Shown one piece after another: positions 27,253-42,371 of a stretch of DNA of 64,000 nucleotides. The stretch comes from the human T2T-CHM13v2.0 reference genome, Homo sapiens, in the NCBI RefSeq assembly GCF_009914755.1, contig NC_060927.1. One strand, written 5' to 3'. A program made the translations under genes and the position numbers. Every line of letters starts with the position of its first letter. Position 1 is the first letter of the stretch. The notes beneath the pieces were generated by a model. That model saw nothing but the letters and a program-made list of their open reading frames with translations, had not been told where the DNA came from and did no database searches.

Positions 27253-28834
27253 TCAGACCCCAGGGGACATGCCTGTATTAACCATCACTAGATTTTCAGA
27301 TGAATGTTGTTGAAGGTTCCTCTACACTAGAGGCTATGGGAGCTTGGTTCCCACTGCACAGCTTGGTGACAGGTAGGAGAGAGCCCAACTCCAGCAGCAT
27401 TTTGGAATGCTGTCCCCAACATCTGGAGCACAAGATGTCAGAGAGAGACTGGGATGGGTTGATAAGGGAGAAGATGACTTCCTAGCCTCTTTCGAGGTCT
27501 GATGATCCACACTTTGAGAATAGACGTAGGAAAGACCTTCTACTCCTGTGTCCTACAGGTGTGAGATTCTCTAGCAACTGCAGAGTGGTTAACAGCAAAG
27601 AGGACATGCGTACCCACTTCTGAATAGCAGGGCTGGCTGCTTCAATAGAGCGAGAAAAAGGTGGGAGTAGAAGGACAGGGGAGAGGAGAGGAGATGGAAG
27701 CATGGATGGAGGTGACTGCAGTCAGATAAACAGTTGTTTGGCACACAAACCCAGCGTTCCATAAAGTCCTATGTGGACTCTGTGAGTTCACAATAGTTTC
27801 CCTTGCCAGCAGCTCACAAAACTGTGCCTTGATTACAAATCTCATGACAAATCAAGCCCTTGACCAACAGGGACTTTGTCTTGTCTGCTGTTGTACTCCA
27901 AGTCCCTAGCACACAGTAGGTTCTCGAATATTTGTTAGAAAATGAATAAATAAATGGTCCCAGGAAGTATTTTCACTTCTAAGGCTTAATTATTGGCAGA
28001 ATTAACCACTGAAGCCATCTCAGTGTTGGCTTTTCTTTGCGAGTAGTTTTTCACTAATTTAATCTCTTCACTTGTTATAGATATATTCAGATTTTCTTTT
28101 TCTCTTGAATCTATTTCAGTAATTTGTACCTTTCTAAGAGCTGTCCATTTTATTTATCTAATTTGTTGGTACACAATTGTTTGCAGTATTCTCTTATAAT
28201 TCTTTTTATTTCTATAAGGTCAGTAATGATGCCTCCTCTCTTATTCCTGATTTTAGTAATTTAAGTCTTCTCTCTTTTTTTCTTGGTAAGTCTAGATAAA
28301 GATTTGGCAATTTCATTGATCTTTTTGAGGAACCAACTTTGGTTTTCCAGTCTCTAGTGTGATAATTGCTACTCTAATCTTTATTGTCTTTCTCGATCAG
28401 ATATTATTCTACATCATTTTTAAAAACAGCTAAAGCCACAAATCTGCCTTGACCCTTTTGTTTTTGCTTCTGCTCTGTCGATCTTCCTTGAGGCAGCAGA
28501 TCTTTCATGACCTATTGCCCAAAAAGGATAGAGTCACAGGGTCACAGACAATTCTTGGAAAAATTTACATTGGTGAATATATCAAAATGATATTCTGCTA
28601 CATATGCATAACTTATCTTCACTCTTGGACCACAAAGATCTATTTCAGAGACAAATTTGGAGTGGAATTTTCCTTAACATTATCCTCAATAGAGCCTAAA
28701 GTATAGAATACACTCATTTTCTCACTCATATCCTGAGACCTCAGTGGTCGTTTACCAGACGTTGGAATTCCTAAATGAATACCATTGCCTTAAAAATCAT
28801 ATTCCTCAGGTCAGAAGGCTAGAGTGCTCTAGTA

Positions 28835-29124
28835 CAGGAGTCCTCAACCCCTGGGTGAGTGAACATTAAACCTGAGCTCCATCTCCTGTCAGGTCAGCTG
28901 TGGCACTGGATTCCAGGAGTGTGAACCCTATTGTGAACCGTGCATGCAAGGGATCCAGACTGTGCTCTCCTTATGAGAACCTAACTAACGCCTGATGATG
29001 TGAGGTGGAACAGTTTCATCCTGAAAATCATCCCCCTCACCACTGTCCCAGCACTGTACTGGTCTGTGGAAAAATTGTCTTCCACAAAACCAGTCCCTGG
29101 TGCCAAAAATGTTGGGGACCACTG
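28835..29124. mobile_element. MER1-like hAT-Charlie non-autonomous DNA transposon
   Basis: TIRs caggagtcctcaac / gttggggaccactg; 8-bp TSD ctctagta / ctgtagta. Confidence 0.85.
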
Positions 29125-29160
29125 CTGTAGTAGATTCCTAGTCAGTTTGAGGTGTCTTTT

Positions 29161-29894
<734 letters not shown>

Positions 29895-32150
29895 CTTGAG
29901 ATATCTTTTGAACTTAAGAGTCATCCCTTTCTCTAAGAACTGACCCCCATCTAGAAGATGGGCAGCCCCAATTGTACTGCATGACCCTGTCCTCAGACCC
30001 AGCTTAATGGACCAGAAGTAGACAGCTGACTGAATCTGGACAAGGTAGATTTCCTTCCTGAAAGTCTGAAATTATGACTAAGAGGCAGCCGTACTTGTCT
30101 TCTGGTTGTTGGAATTGTTCCATGTGAACTCAGGAGCTGAGGGCAAACATATTCCACCATGAGAACAGAGAAACAGGGAAGACTGCTCTGTTGGAAAACA
30201 GAAACATGTTGCAGTTCTCCTAAGAGAAACAGAAACAGAAGATGGTGACTGGGTCCCTGACAGCTTCCTGCTTTCCCTGATGGCTTTCTGATCTAGTCCC
30301 ATATTAAAATCTAGTGGCATTTCTGACTTTGAATTCCATAAGACACCCCTGTGTCCTTATAAATTCTCCTTTGCTTTGTCATCATAATTATCAACATTGT
30401 CAACATTATCAACAAAAAAGATAAAACTTCCTGAACATTTACTATGTGCCAAGTAAAGTTCCAATTAGCTTACACAAATTATCTTATTTAATCCTCCCAG
30501 TGAATCCATGTATTACTTCATTTTACATATGAGGAAACAGGGACAAAGAAATTAAGTAACTTGTCCACTACAGTCAGCAATAGATAAAATCAGGATTCAC
30601 ACCAAGGCCATCTGACTTCAGAATCTGAGCTCTAACCACCATGTTATACAGTTTAGCCTGCTCACGTTGGTTCTTAGCACTTGCAACTAAGACGTATTAG
30701 CTAAATAGGGCTCCTCAGTCTGGCCCTACTCTGCCTAACAAAAATTATCTGCCATTTTCCCCAGTGTGCTGAAGCCAGCATTCCCCTAAAACATACTATG
30801 GTCAATGTCACCTCCATGCCTTTTTGCTCCTTCTCCTTCCCACCCACCCCCACTTTTATATTCTACCAATGATTCAGGGTCCACTTCCAGTTCTATCTTC
30901 CCCAGGGAAACTGGTCACCCGTATGTTCTATCAGTCAGTAACTATGCTGCCTTGCAATGGTGGTTAATAGCTTACTGCATGTATGTCAGGCCTCTATGAT
31001 GAGATTGTAAGGTCTTTAAAAGCAGGGGCTATATTTTCTCTTTCGCTGTGTCCCCAAAACACTATAATTCATTGTAAGCATGCAATAAAAGCTCCTTGAA
31101 TTGAACTAAAGGCAGTAATCTTAGTGGCATAGACAAAGGCAGGGAGAGAAGGTCAGGCACAGAGAGGCTTAACTTTAAAGGAGAGCTTAATGTCTTTTCA
31201 TAAGTGTCAGGAATGGCCTTCACATACTCATCTTGTTTTAAAATTTTATGTGTCAATATTACATTTTAAAAGTTTTAAATCTCTATAGGAAAAAGGATAT
31301 TATATTGAAACATAAATCTTCCATAATTGCTGAATTCTCACCCAGCCCTTGATCTCCTTGTTGAGTGGTCCCAAGTCTGACATTCTGAAAGTGACATACG
31401 CTGCTCCCCACAGCCTCAAACACATCTCTGATCTCACTCTTGGGCACACCCCAAGCCCTGGGATGACCATCACAACTCCCCTCTGCCCCACCATCTCAGA
31501 GGAGGTAGGTTTCTTCCCCTTAAGAAGAGTATGGGGGTGATGAGAGTATCCCAGTGCCTGAGTCTTCCTAGGCCCCAGGAAGGCCTTGGAATCCTCTCTG
31601 ATCCTTAGCATTCACCCTCATCTATGAAAGCAACTGTTTGCATTATGTGTCCACTTAGTGTCCTGACAACAGTCTAAACTCAATCCATCCAAAAGCAAAT
31701 CAACATCTTCCCCAAAGTTGTTCCTCCTCTTTTTACGGTAATAGCTGCCACCATGATCCAATCATCCAGGCTTGAAGCCTGAGTCATCTTTGACTCAGAA
31801 CATCACAGTGCTAAAAAAAAAAAAAAAAGTATTTTAAGCCATTTGCCTCCTTCCCCCAGTATATGATTTATACTCAGACTCTGTCTCTCAATATCTTAAA
31901 ATGCATCTGAGGTCTGTCCCTTCCTGTGTATTCCCCCGATAAGGCTCTGGATTTTGGCAACAACTCCTGAACTACTACTCTCTTTTCCTGCTGGTTTGAA
32001 TAGGGAGAGAAGCAAAAGTAAACTGGAAAGTGGAACTAGAAGTCTCTAAAACCACAAGTGTTAACCTTACCCTTGCCAGAATGGGGCACATGAATTGTCC
32101 TACTAGCAGGTAACAGCTGAGTTTAACCAACATTTAAGAATTACCAACTA

Positions 32151-32364
32151 CATCCTGGCTAACATGGTGAAATCCTGTCTCTACTAAAAATACAAAAAAT
32201 TAGTCGGGCGTAGTGGCGGGCGCCTTGTAGTCCCAGCTACTCGAGACGCTGACGCGGGAGAATGGTGTGAACCCGGGAGGCAGAGTGAGCCAAGACCGTG
32301 CCACTGCACTCCAGCCTGGGCGACAGAGCGAGACTCCGTCTCAAAAAAAAAAAAAAAAAAAAAA
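32151..32364 (+). mobile_element. 5'-truncated AluY-like element
   Basis: Starts mid-left arm; perfect 15-bp TSD aagaattaccaacta (32136-32150, 32363-32377). Confidence 0.93.
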
Positions 32365-33809
32365 GAATTACCAACTAAATGTCACACATGTGGCCTTGTG
32401 TGGGGTGCTGGGGCCACAGCAATAAGTAAGACTTCCCCAGCCCTCAAGTGCCTAGCGAGGGATGAGAGCTGAGGGGGGCGATCCCAGAGGGCTCTGCGAG
32501 TCCTGAAGGGGATTGTTCAATGCTGAGGGCGAGGTGAAGGCCAGGAGAGTGTGCGTAGGGAGAGGACATGTGTACTAGGTTTGAGGGCTGAATAGGATTT
32601 CAGGCCTGAGGGCTGAGGGGTGGAGGGCAATTCCAGGCTATTAAGCAAAGGCTTAGTTTACAGGCTGGACTAATCCGATTTGTGTGCTGTGTCCTGGGCT
32701 CCCCTGTGGCAGTGATGCAATCATGTGACAGTTGGTGGTCATGTGCTGGGTAAGGACACTTTCAGGAAGGATGATATCACAGAAGTGATATAATCACCAG
32801 ATAACTTTCTGAGTAGGAGGCACATGTCAGGGCATGAATTCAATGGTGACAGACGTGAAACTGCTGACAGCATTGTTTTCACTTCTACCTCAAGATTTGT
32901 GTGGATGTCTACAGGAAACCAGGGGGTCAAAAATAGAAAGAGAAGAGGTGCTGAACATTGGAGATGGACTCAATTTCCCCCTCCAGGCAATTCTTCTCCC
33001 CAGGATCTCTCACGGGTTTTTGCTTTATACATATATGTAATGCTATTTTTCAAACATATAAAGAGACTGTTGTGGCTAATTTTTAAAACCTATAAATTTA
33101 TCTAAAAATCCTATTGAAATCCAAATGTCTTTTGCCTTACATACACCATTAGATAATAAAAGCACAACTTCCACTACGTAAGGTCTGATTCTTTGGTGGG
33201 GAAAAGGGATTAAAAGAGGTCCTCATCTTGAGAAACCACTGCTATACACCACAGGTGTGTAATGACAGCCCTGCCTTGGTGATCCTCCAGGTTGGGGAGT
33301 GGCACCACATCCAGGTTATGTTGAATCTCAATTTACAATGTATAGTGTACTTTTTTTTTTTTTAAGATGGAGTCTTGCTCTGTTGCCCAGGCTGGAGTGC
33401 CCATTATGAGTCATGGAGACTCAGATTTTGAGTAAGAGAGAAATAAAACTTTGTGCTTTTAAGTAATAATAAGTCAATCCTGACTAATATCACATGGTAA
33501 GAAGTCTGGATTTTATTCTAAGTGGGATAGGAAGTCATTTCAAATTTTGAGCCAGAGAGTGATAAGATCTTGTATATGTTTAAATGACCTCTTTACTGTG
33601 TGTAGGTTATGAGGCAGAAGGACTGGTTGTAAGTCCATTGAAGTTAATTTAGAATGAAGTAGTGGTGGCTTGAAATTAGCGGTGGCAGTAGAGATTGTGA
33701 GTCGAATTCAGAATATACAGGCATGCACCATATAATGACATTTTGGTAAACAATGGACCACATATGGTGGTCCCATAAGATTATAATGGAGCTGAAGAAG
33801 AAAGTTTGA

Positions 33810-35190
<1,381 letters not shown>

Positions 35191-35771
35191 GAGAGGGAGA
35201 GATGCCCAAGGATTCCCAGCTGTTTCAGCCCTCATCTGTTTGAGTCTTCCCAGACAGGTGAGTAAAGAAGCCTTACAGATGATTCTAGACTGAGCCACTA
35301 TCTGACTGAAACAACATGAGAAACCCTGAGTGAGAACCGCCTAGCTGAGCCCAGTCAGGTCCCGCACTCATGAGCACCACATATTATTAGGACAATTTTA
35401 AGTCACTATTTTAGGGATTGATATTACACAGCAATAGATAACTGAAATATATGTTGAAGTATTTAAAGAAAAAGGAAAATAGAATATATTACATTTATAA
35501 ATCTACTTTAAGATGTTTAAGAAAATCTAATTAACTAAGTTTGTAAAAGTCCCTCTAAAAACTATTGTTTAATACTAGGTTCATCAACAGAAAAAGAGAT
35601 TTGTAAGTTGAATGTCACAGCCTAAGGGAAAACGAGGTTTTTAAATTTCCACTTCCATAAATTTGAATCTTAATTGAAAAATAAAAAATAACCACCAGTG
35701 AAAAGCTGGATCTTTGACTCCATTGATCCTTTCAGACAATGCAAAGAAACAACATAGGGAAAGGAGTTGAG

Positions 35772-35950
35772 TGATTTATTGAGTGCTTACTTGGTGCCAC
35801 GGCATGTGCTAGGTGCTTACCTAAATCAACTCATTGGATCCTCACAACAACCCTGTGAGGTGGGTTTCATAACCCCCACTGTTTACCGATGAGGCTCACA
35901 GAGGCTATGTAACTTGCCCAAGATTCTGCAGCTGGTAAAGGACGGAATCT
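35772..35950. mobile_element. MIR in POPDC2 3'UTR
   Basis: tttattgagtgcttac...cctcacaacaaccctgtgaggt...gatgaggctcacagagg...aacttgcccaag. Confidence 0.85.
35775..35780 (-). terminator. POPDC2: POPDC2 polyadenylation signal AATAAA (inside a MIR)
   Basis: TTTATT on + strand is the first minus-strand AATAAA after the exon 4 stop; followed on the minus strand by TGTTGTTTCTTTG. Confidence 0.75.
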
Positions 35951-36178
35951 GTGCCTCTGCACTACCAATGCCTGCTCCTGAAGGAAGGTTTGTGAGGGTG
36001 AATTTCTCAAAGTCACTTCAGGTCCTTACTGTAGCGACAGTGTTGGCACCTTCTGTGTCCTCTCTCACCTTGCCTGTGAGCCTTCCAGTGGGTGGGAAAA
36101 GAGGCATGCCTATCAGTGGCCATTCTGTGAACACAGAAGAGAGCTGCGCTGGCCACAGAGAAGATAGTCCAATGATCC

Positions 36179-36264
36179 TTAAAGTTCAGGCGTGTGGGTT
36201 GGAGCCAAAGGGGCCTGTCCCCTGGATATAACTTGAGAGTAGCTCTGGAGAGGAATTCTAGAAG
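36179..36264 (-). CDS. POPDC2: POPDC2 exon 4 coding part for the 364-aa isoform (ASRIPLQSYSQVISRGQAPLAPTHTPEL*); 3'UTR in the 368-aa isoform
   Basis: Acceptor tttccacag|CT in phase with the donor at 41963; TAA at 36179-36181. Confidence 0.9.
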
Positions 36265-38983
36265 CTGTGGAAAGAAAAAGAGGGAGGATTTTAGCACTAT
36301 GTCTCTGGACAGTTTGTCTAACTTCAAAGGGTTCTTTTCAGTTTTTTTCTTTCCTTTACCAATTCCCAATGTTTTAACTGTACTCACTGCCTGACATGAT
36401 AGGGGCAGGTGTACCTTCGAATCATTTCATACTAGAATATTAGGGCAAGTCAGCTTTGAAGGTATCTAGCCCAATCCTCTCCTATTGTAGAGACCAAGAG
36501 ATCAACTTTTGTTGCTTCCTATGAACGTTCTATAGAACTCTACTTCTTACCTAACCCTATCTAATTTAAAGAAAAAAACCAAAAGCCTGTATTGAATAAT
36601 GGTAAGTTTCATAAGACTCCTGACTTTCATTTTTACAGAAAGATGGGTAGGAAAATGAGGCCTGTAAGACAGAAGTGGAAACATGACTCAGGAGCAGCCC
36701 CAGGCTGCTGTTATCCAGAGGGCAGGTGGGGAACTGCTGCCTCTAACTTACCTGACCGACAATGGAACCTGTGGCAGGTAGAGGTGGCACGACCCTCTAG
36801 AGACCCCTGCTCTGGCCGTGCCACTTTCAAGAGCAAGTTTTCCGAGCCAGGACTCTTTCCAGTAGTTCTGTGAGAAAAGCACTGTTTGCTAGCACTGACA
36901 GCTACCAAAAACCTTACAGCTGCTTCTGAGGGGAAGAGCATGATGACAGTGTGACTCTAATCTGCCTCCTCCCAAACAGATGAAGGAGAGCAGGCTGACA
37001 TGTGACTTAGCTATTCAGGGGCTAAAGAGCTAGCACATGTTTTCTTTAGGCCTCCACTTTTTGCTGTACCTTTTGTTGTCAGGGGATTCTGCCAGCTGCC
37101 ACCTTCCCTGAAAAGCCAAACTGGTGGAAATAAGAGGGAAAATCATCTATCTCTGATAAAAGAAAGAGAAAGAAAGAGAGAGAGACTGCTAAACAATTGT
37201 ACATACAACAGAATCTTAAAATACGCTACACATTTAACTAGTGCTTCAGAGCTTAAAAACTGCCTTTATGTATTTTATCACAATCACGCCTCACAGCAAC
37301 CCGGTAAGGTAGACAGAGCCATCTTGGTCCTGTCCTGCAGATGAGGAACATGTTCTTGATGGCAGGTGAGTGGCAAGACTAGAGTCCAGATCTTAGAAAC
37401 ACAGAATCCTAGAGTTAGAAGTTACCCTGACACAATAATCCAAGGCATCCTTTTCCCAGAGCATGAATCACCTTATAAAATCCCTGAGATTTCTTATGGC
37501 CCCTGCTTGAACTCTTCCAGTGATGAGTAACTCTCACCACCCATGAGCAATCCAGTATCAATACTGAGCTAAAATCCTTCTTATAACTTTCAGCCTATTC
37601 AATTCAATTTCTGCCCACAAGAACTACACCAAATTAAGTCAAATTCTAATTTACATTCTTTCTAAAATTTGAAGATATTACACTTGCCCTTTTCTTGCAG
37701 ATAAAACATTTTCAGTTCTTTCAACTACTTATCATGTGATTACCTAGAACCATGCCTAAAATATATAGTAAATAGTGTTTATTGAATCGTTTCTCTTGCC
37801 CTTGGTACTATGTCCTGATCCTCCTGTCGAGGGGCTCCTTCCCTTACCTCGAGTGTCCTCAATTTTGTAATCTGTTCATCATTTGCTTATTTAAATAATA
37901 GGGAGAAAAGAAACAGTATAGTTTTCAGAACAATGTGAAACAAAATAAAAATTGTCCAAATGTCAGACAGCTTTCAATTTATTTTGTGATAATGGATTCA
38001 TTATTTCACTCAACAGACTACCTCGGAGCTGCATTTCTAGAAGATAAGTCCCTCATTCATTGAGCATCTCCTGTAATAAGACACAGAATGGATCCCTGTG
38101 GAGAGTGGCCATCGAATTAAACAGAAAAATTCTAGTGAAGGGAGGGATGATTTGGGGTCTGGCTGGAAGACCCTGCATGAATACATTATCCTGCAGCATA
38201 GTTTTGCCTATTAAGAGAAGCAGCACCCATTTTTTGTTCAATTTTGGGTACCACCAGACTAAAAAACATATGTCTCTTCAAAAAGGAGCTCCAGAGGAAA
38301 CTCTGACTATTTTCAGTTGGTCTTAATTTGGATTGGTGTGAGAGACAAGCACTGGTGTCAATGTGATGAGGCTGTGTCATTCCTAATGATGCAGAATTCA
38401 GCCAGCTTCATGCCTCTCATATAAGTGCTGTGCCGGGATGAATAGCAATGAGCTTAACATTTTGATAACTAAAGAGCCAGGAAATAGATGGTGAATGGTG
38501 CCCTACTTTATGAAAGAAATAATAGTAAATTGCTCCCAATTAAGGGAATATGCTTATTCATTAGAGTAATAACCTTATAGCAAGTTTGATGGTAAATAAG
38601 TCAAATCAAACATTCAAAACACAATTTCAGAAAAAGAACTGAGGCTAAATTATCCCATGATCACAGACTACATTGAAAACTATCAGAAGTTTGGCTAATT
38701 TGATCATGTTTTCAAGTTGTTCTGAAAACCTCTATGGCCTGAAAAGTAAACGACATAAGTTTCCTTTCTCTCTATTGCTTAAACAAAGAAACATGAAAAA
38801 CTATTCTCCCTATATTGCAAATTCCGGTATTTTAGAAAGTGAGCCTCATCAGCAGTTTTCTCATCTTGAGTTTTAGAAAAGGCTGAATTTGGAAAGAGGC
38901 ATTTCATACGATAGTATGTATTAAGGGTTGAGGGCTTGGGGACTGAGTTGTGATCTCCTCTCTCATAAAATATCCGCACTGTA

Positions 38984-39318
38984 GGCCGGGCGCAGTGGCT
39001 CACGCCCGTAATCCCAGCACTTTGGGAGCCCGAGGCGGGCGGATCACCACGTCAGGAGATGGAGACCATCCTGGCTAACACGGTGAAACCCTGTCTCTAC
39101 TAAAAATAGAAAAAATTAGCCAGGCACGGTGGCGGGCGCCTATAGTCCCAGCTACTCGGGAGGCTGAGGCAGGAGAATGGCGGTGAACCCGGGAGGCGGA
39201 GCTTGCAGTGAGCCGAGATCGCGCCACTGCGCTGCAGCCTGGGTGACAAAGCGAGACTCCGTCTCAAACAAAAAAAAAAAAAAAAAGAAAGAAAAAGAAA
39301 AGGAAAAGGAAAAAAAAA
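38984..39318 (+). mobile_element. Alu (CpG-rich AluY-like)
   Basis: Alu consensus; TSD aaa.atc(c/t)gcactgta. Confidence 0.95.
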
Positions 39319-40051
39319 TCTGCACTGTAATCACATGGTAGGTGATAGATTCTTCACAGGCATAGAATGGAGGGAACTGCTAGTTAAACAAGACCCACCA
39401 CCACAAGGGCTGAGGAGAGTCCCAAGGTGCCAGAGAAATTGTAGTGAAATATCACAGAGAGTTCTTGCTGAAAGACACTCAGATGTCCTGGGGCTTGTGT
39501 CTACTGTACTGCGGACTGACTACTCCTCTTTTCTTCCTTTGAAAAACTTATCCTTGCCTTCTCAGATCAATCCAAGGGGGTTCCTGGGGACAGCTGGTCC
39601 AACACGCTCAAATGAAGAAAGTAAGGTTTAGTGAGGTATGGTTTGCAAAAAGTCACATATTTGATTAGTAGCAAAGCCAGACATAGAAGCCAGGACTTTG
39701 GACTCCCAGTCCTGGCCTCTTTCTCATTTACCATGCTGCCTGCCTCCTGATGTTTGGAAAACATTCCTAAAGCTGGGGATTTTACACCTTCACTTGAATG
39801 GTTTTCTTTATAGGCAGAGGGAAAAGTACTGATCTTTGGAAGAGTTAGGATTAAAAACTAATAAGATGGGGGTACAGGGTGTTTAGGAGGAAGAATAGAT
39901 ACAGCAAGGCAAAAAAGGTGGGAAAAAGAAAAAAGGAGGTAATAGGAGAGATAAATATATGAACAATAAAATGGAAGAAAACAAGAGACAAGTGAAGAGG
40001 GAGAAAGGAACTGAGAAGACATAGAAAATGGACACTTAAGAGCAGCAAACT

Positions 40052-40362
40052 GGCCAGGCATGGTGGCTCATGCCTGTAATCCTAACACTTCGGGAGACCA
40101 AGGCAGGAGGATTATTTGAGCCCAGGAGTTCGAGAACAACCTGGGCAACATGGGGAGAGTTTGTCTCTACAAAAAAATTTAAAAATTAAACATTATCCAG
40201 GCACAGCGACATGTGCCTGTAATCCCTGTTACTTGGGAGGCTGGGATGGGAGGATCGCTTGAGCTTTTGGAGGTAGAGATTGCAGTGAGCCGACATCATG
40301 CCACTGCACTCCATCCTGAGTGACAGAGTGAGACCCTGTCTCAAGAAAGAAAAGGAAAAAAG
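40052..40362 (+). mobile_element. Alu (AluJ-like)
   Basis: Diverged Alu consensus. Confidence 0.9.
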
Positions 40363-41864
40363 AACAGAACATCAAACTGAGGCAATCAAGGACTGAGAAG
40401 AAATTGGAGAAGAAAGAAGAGAAAAATAGAACCAAGAAAAGAGAAGAAAACCAGGAAGAACAACATGAGAAAACAGAGAGCTGCTGTGAGTCGAAGAGAG
40501 AGTGTATAGGTGGATGGGCAAGTTGGACCAAGAGGGATCCATAGGACATAAGGAGCATGCGTGGATGCAGGATGAACGAGTAGGAAGGCGAACAGCTGCA
40601 CAGAGGGAAAGGAGTGATCAGAGTTGTCAATGCACACTTCGGGGAACTCAACAAAGTGATCTGGGGTGTTAGATTGATCCTTGGAATTACCTCAGAATGA
40701 GCTGAACTATGGTTCTAAGGATGCTGGTAACACAGGAGATTGTAAATTCCATATCTACAAAACTAAATCTCTAACCTTTCATCAGTCATCTCTATGGCCT
40801 CTTTCATCATTTATATAACCTGTTTTTCAAAATAGACAAACATTCACTCATTCATTTCATGTACTCTGGAGGCCTTCCTCACTGGGCTAGTTTCTCAGGT
40901 AATTTATTGGTGCTTTCTGAAGAACCATGGGAGGCGCCTTCCAAATTGGGAACAATGGGATTTTCCTCAGGAAATTCAGGCCTACATCATGGTTGGGTGG
41001 AGTTACAGAGAAAAACATCACAGTATTATGAGGGCAGCCAGGGAAACATGAGAGCAATTTCCCAGAACCACTGGGCACAGCCTTTCTTGTAGACTCTCTG
41101 GGAGGGAAATTCTGTGAGGGAAATCCTGCACGCACTGTTAGGCCCTCCAGGATTTATGCACATCCTACCTCCCACAGGTGTGGGTGACTGGGGAAAGCCA
41201 GGCTGCCATATACCTATCTGATCATAGTAACATTTAATCATAGCAGTATCTAGTCCTCTGTCTGTGTGATCAACAAACACATTCTCCACTGGGTGAGAGG
41301 AAAGCAAGATGAGGACATTTTCCTCCCCGAGCTATTAGCTCATAATCACAATCCTCTTTAAAATATGCAGTTTTAACAGAGATGCCTGCCCAGTCTAGGC
41401 TAAATAACAACTGCTTTCCAGGACGGGCTCTGTATCAGGAAAGACAAGCAATCAGAATTAGAACCCTGCCACATTCTTTTTCTTTTAAAATGCATGCCAC
41501 AAATAAAAGCCCCTTAAGCCCCAGCTGTGGCCTCAGCTATTAGAATAAACTTGCAAAAAAACAGCAATCTACCTTCCTGCTCAACGTATCAACCAGCCCA
41601 CTTTCTAAAATGCAATCAAGTTAATAACGAATGAGTTTTTAAAATCCCTTCATGCCTTGCATGCACCCGGAGTGAGTTGCTATCTTCAAAGTTGGGTTAA
41701 TGCCACTTTCTGTGAGTCCTCTAAGAGGAAATGTTCCATGAATGATTTTTTTTGCCCTAACAAGCTGAGTTAAGGCCAGCCATTGACAGGAATGTGCAGC
41801 GGCTGCCTTCTGAGTACTTACATAGGATCCTGAGCCGGTGGCTGTGCCCATGTTAGTTCTCCCT

Positions 41865-42371
41865 TCACCTCATGTACTCCCCATCACTCCTATAATCCAT
41901 AAACGATTCTGATCCTGACACCTCCTCAAAATCCTCCAGCACCAGACTGGTGGAGTCCTCACCCAGTATGCCACTGTCTGGCCTGGACAACCTGGCCCGG
42001 GTAGGAGGTGCAGGAAAGTTGGTGGTAGCTGGAGGGGTAGAACAAGGGGGTGTTTGCTGGAGAGAGGTGGGTGTGGCCTGAGGAGGGGACACAGCTGGCT
42101 CACAGACTTCCTCATCACCCTTCTCGGACTCTGGTCCAGCATCTGCAGCAGTGGGACCCAGGACATGGTAGAGGCTGGGAAGGCGGATGTCAAAGCGCAG
42201 CCCAAACTTAGCAAAGAGCTTGTCATTGAGAGTGTAGAGCTTCTCCGAGATGTCATATCCCAGCAGAGCCGAGAAGAGGCAGGAGATGTATCGCTCTTTG
42301 GTCAGAAGAAGATGGAGACTTTTCCGGGGCCAGGAAATGTAGCTACATGAGGTCTCAGCAGTCAGAGTGAC
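41865..42371 (-). CDS. POPDC2: POPDC2 exon 3 (VTLTAETSCSY...DYRSDGEYMR*); internal donor after 41963 used by the 364-aa isoform
   Basis: Acceptor ctctcag|GTC; ORF 41865..42395; internal donor CTGG|gtgagg; post-stop donor CCTAT|gtaagt after 41822. Confidence 0.96.
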   Translation of the reverse strand, partial: VTLTAETSCSYISWPRKSLHLLLTKERYISCLFSALLGYDISEKLYTLNDKLFAKFGLRFDIRLPSLYHVLGPTAADAGPESEKGDEEVCEPAVSPPQATPTSLQQTPPCSTPPATTNFPAPPTRARLSRPDSGILGEDSTSLVLEDFEEVSGSESFMDYRSDGEYMR

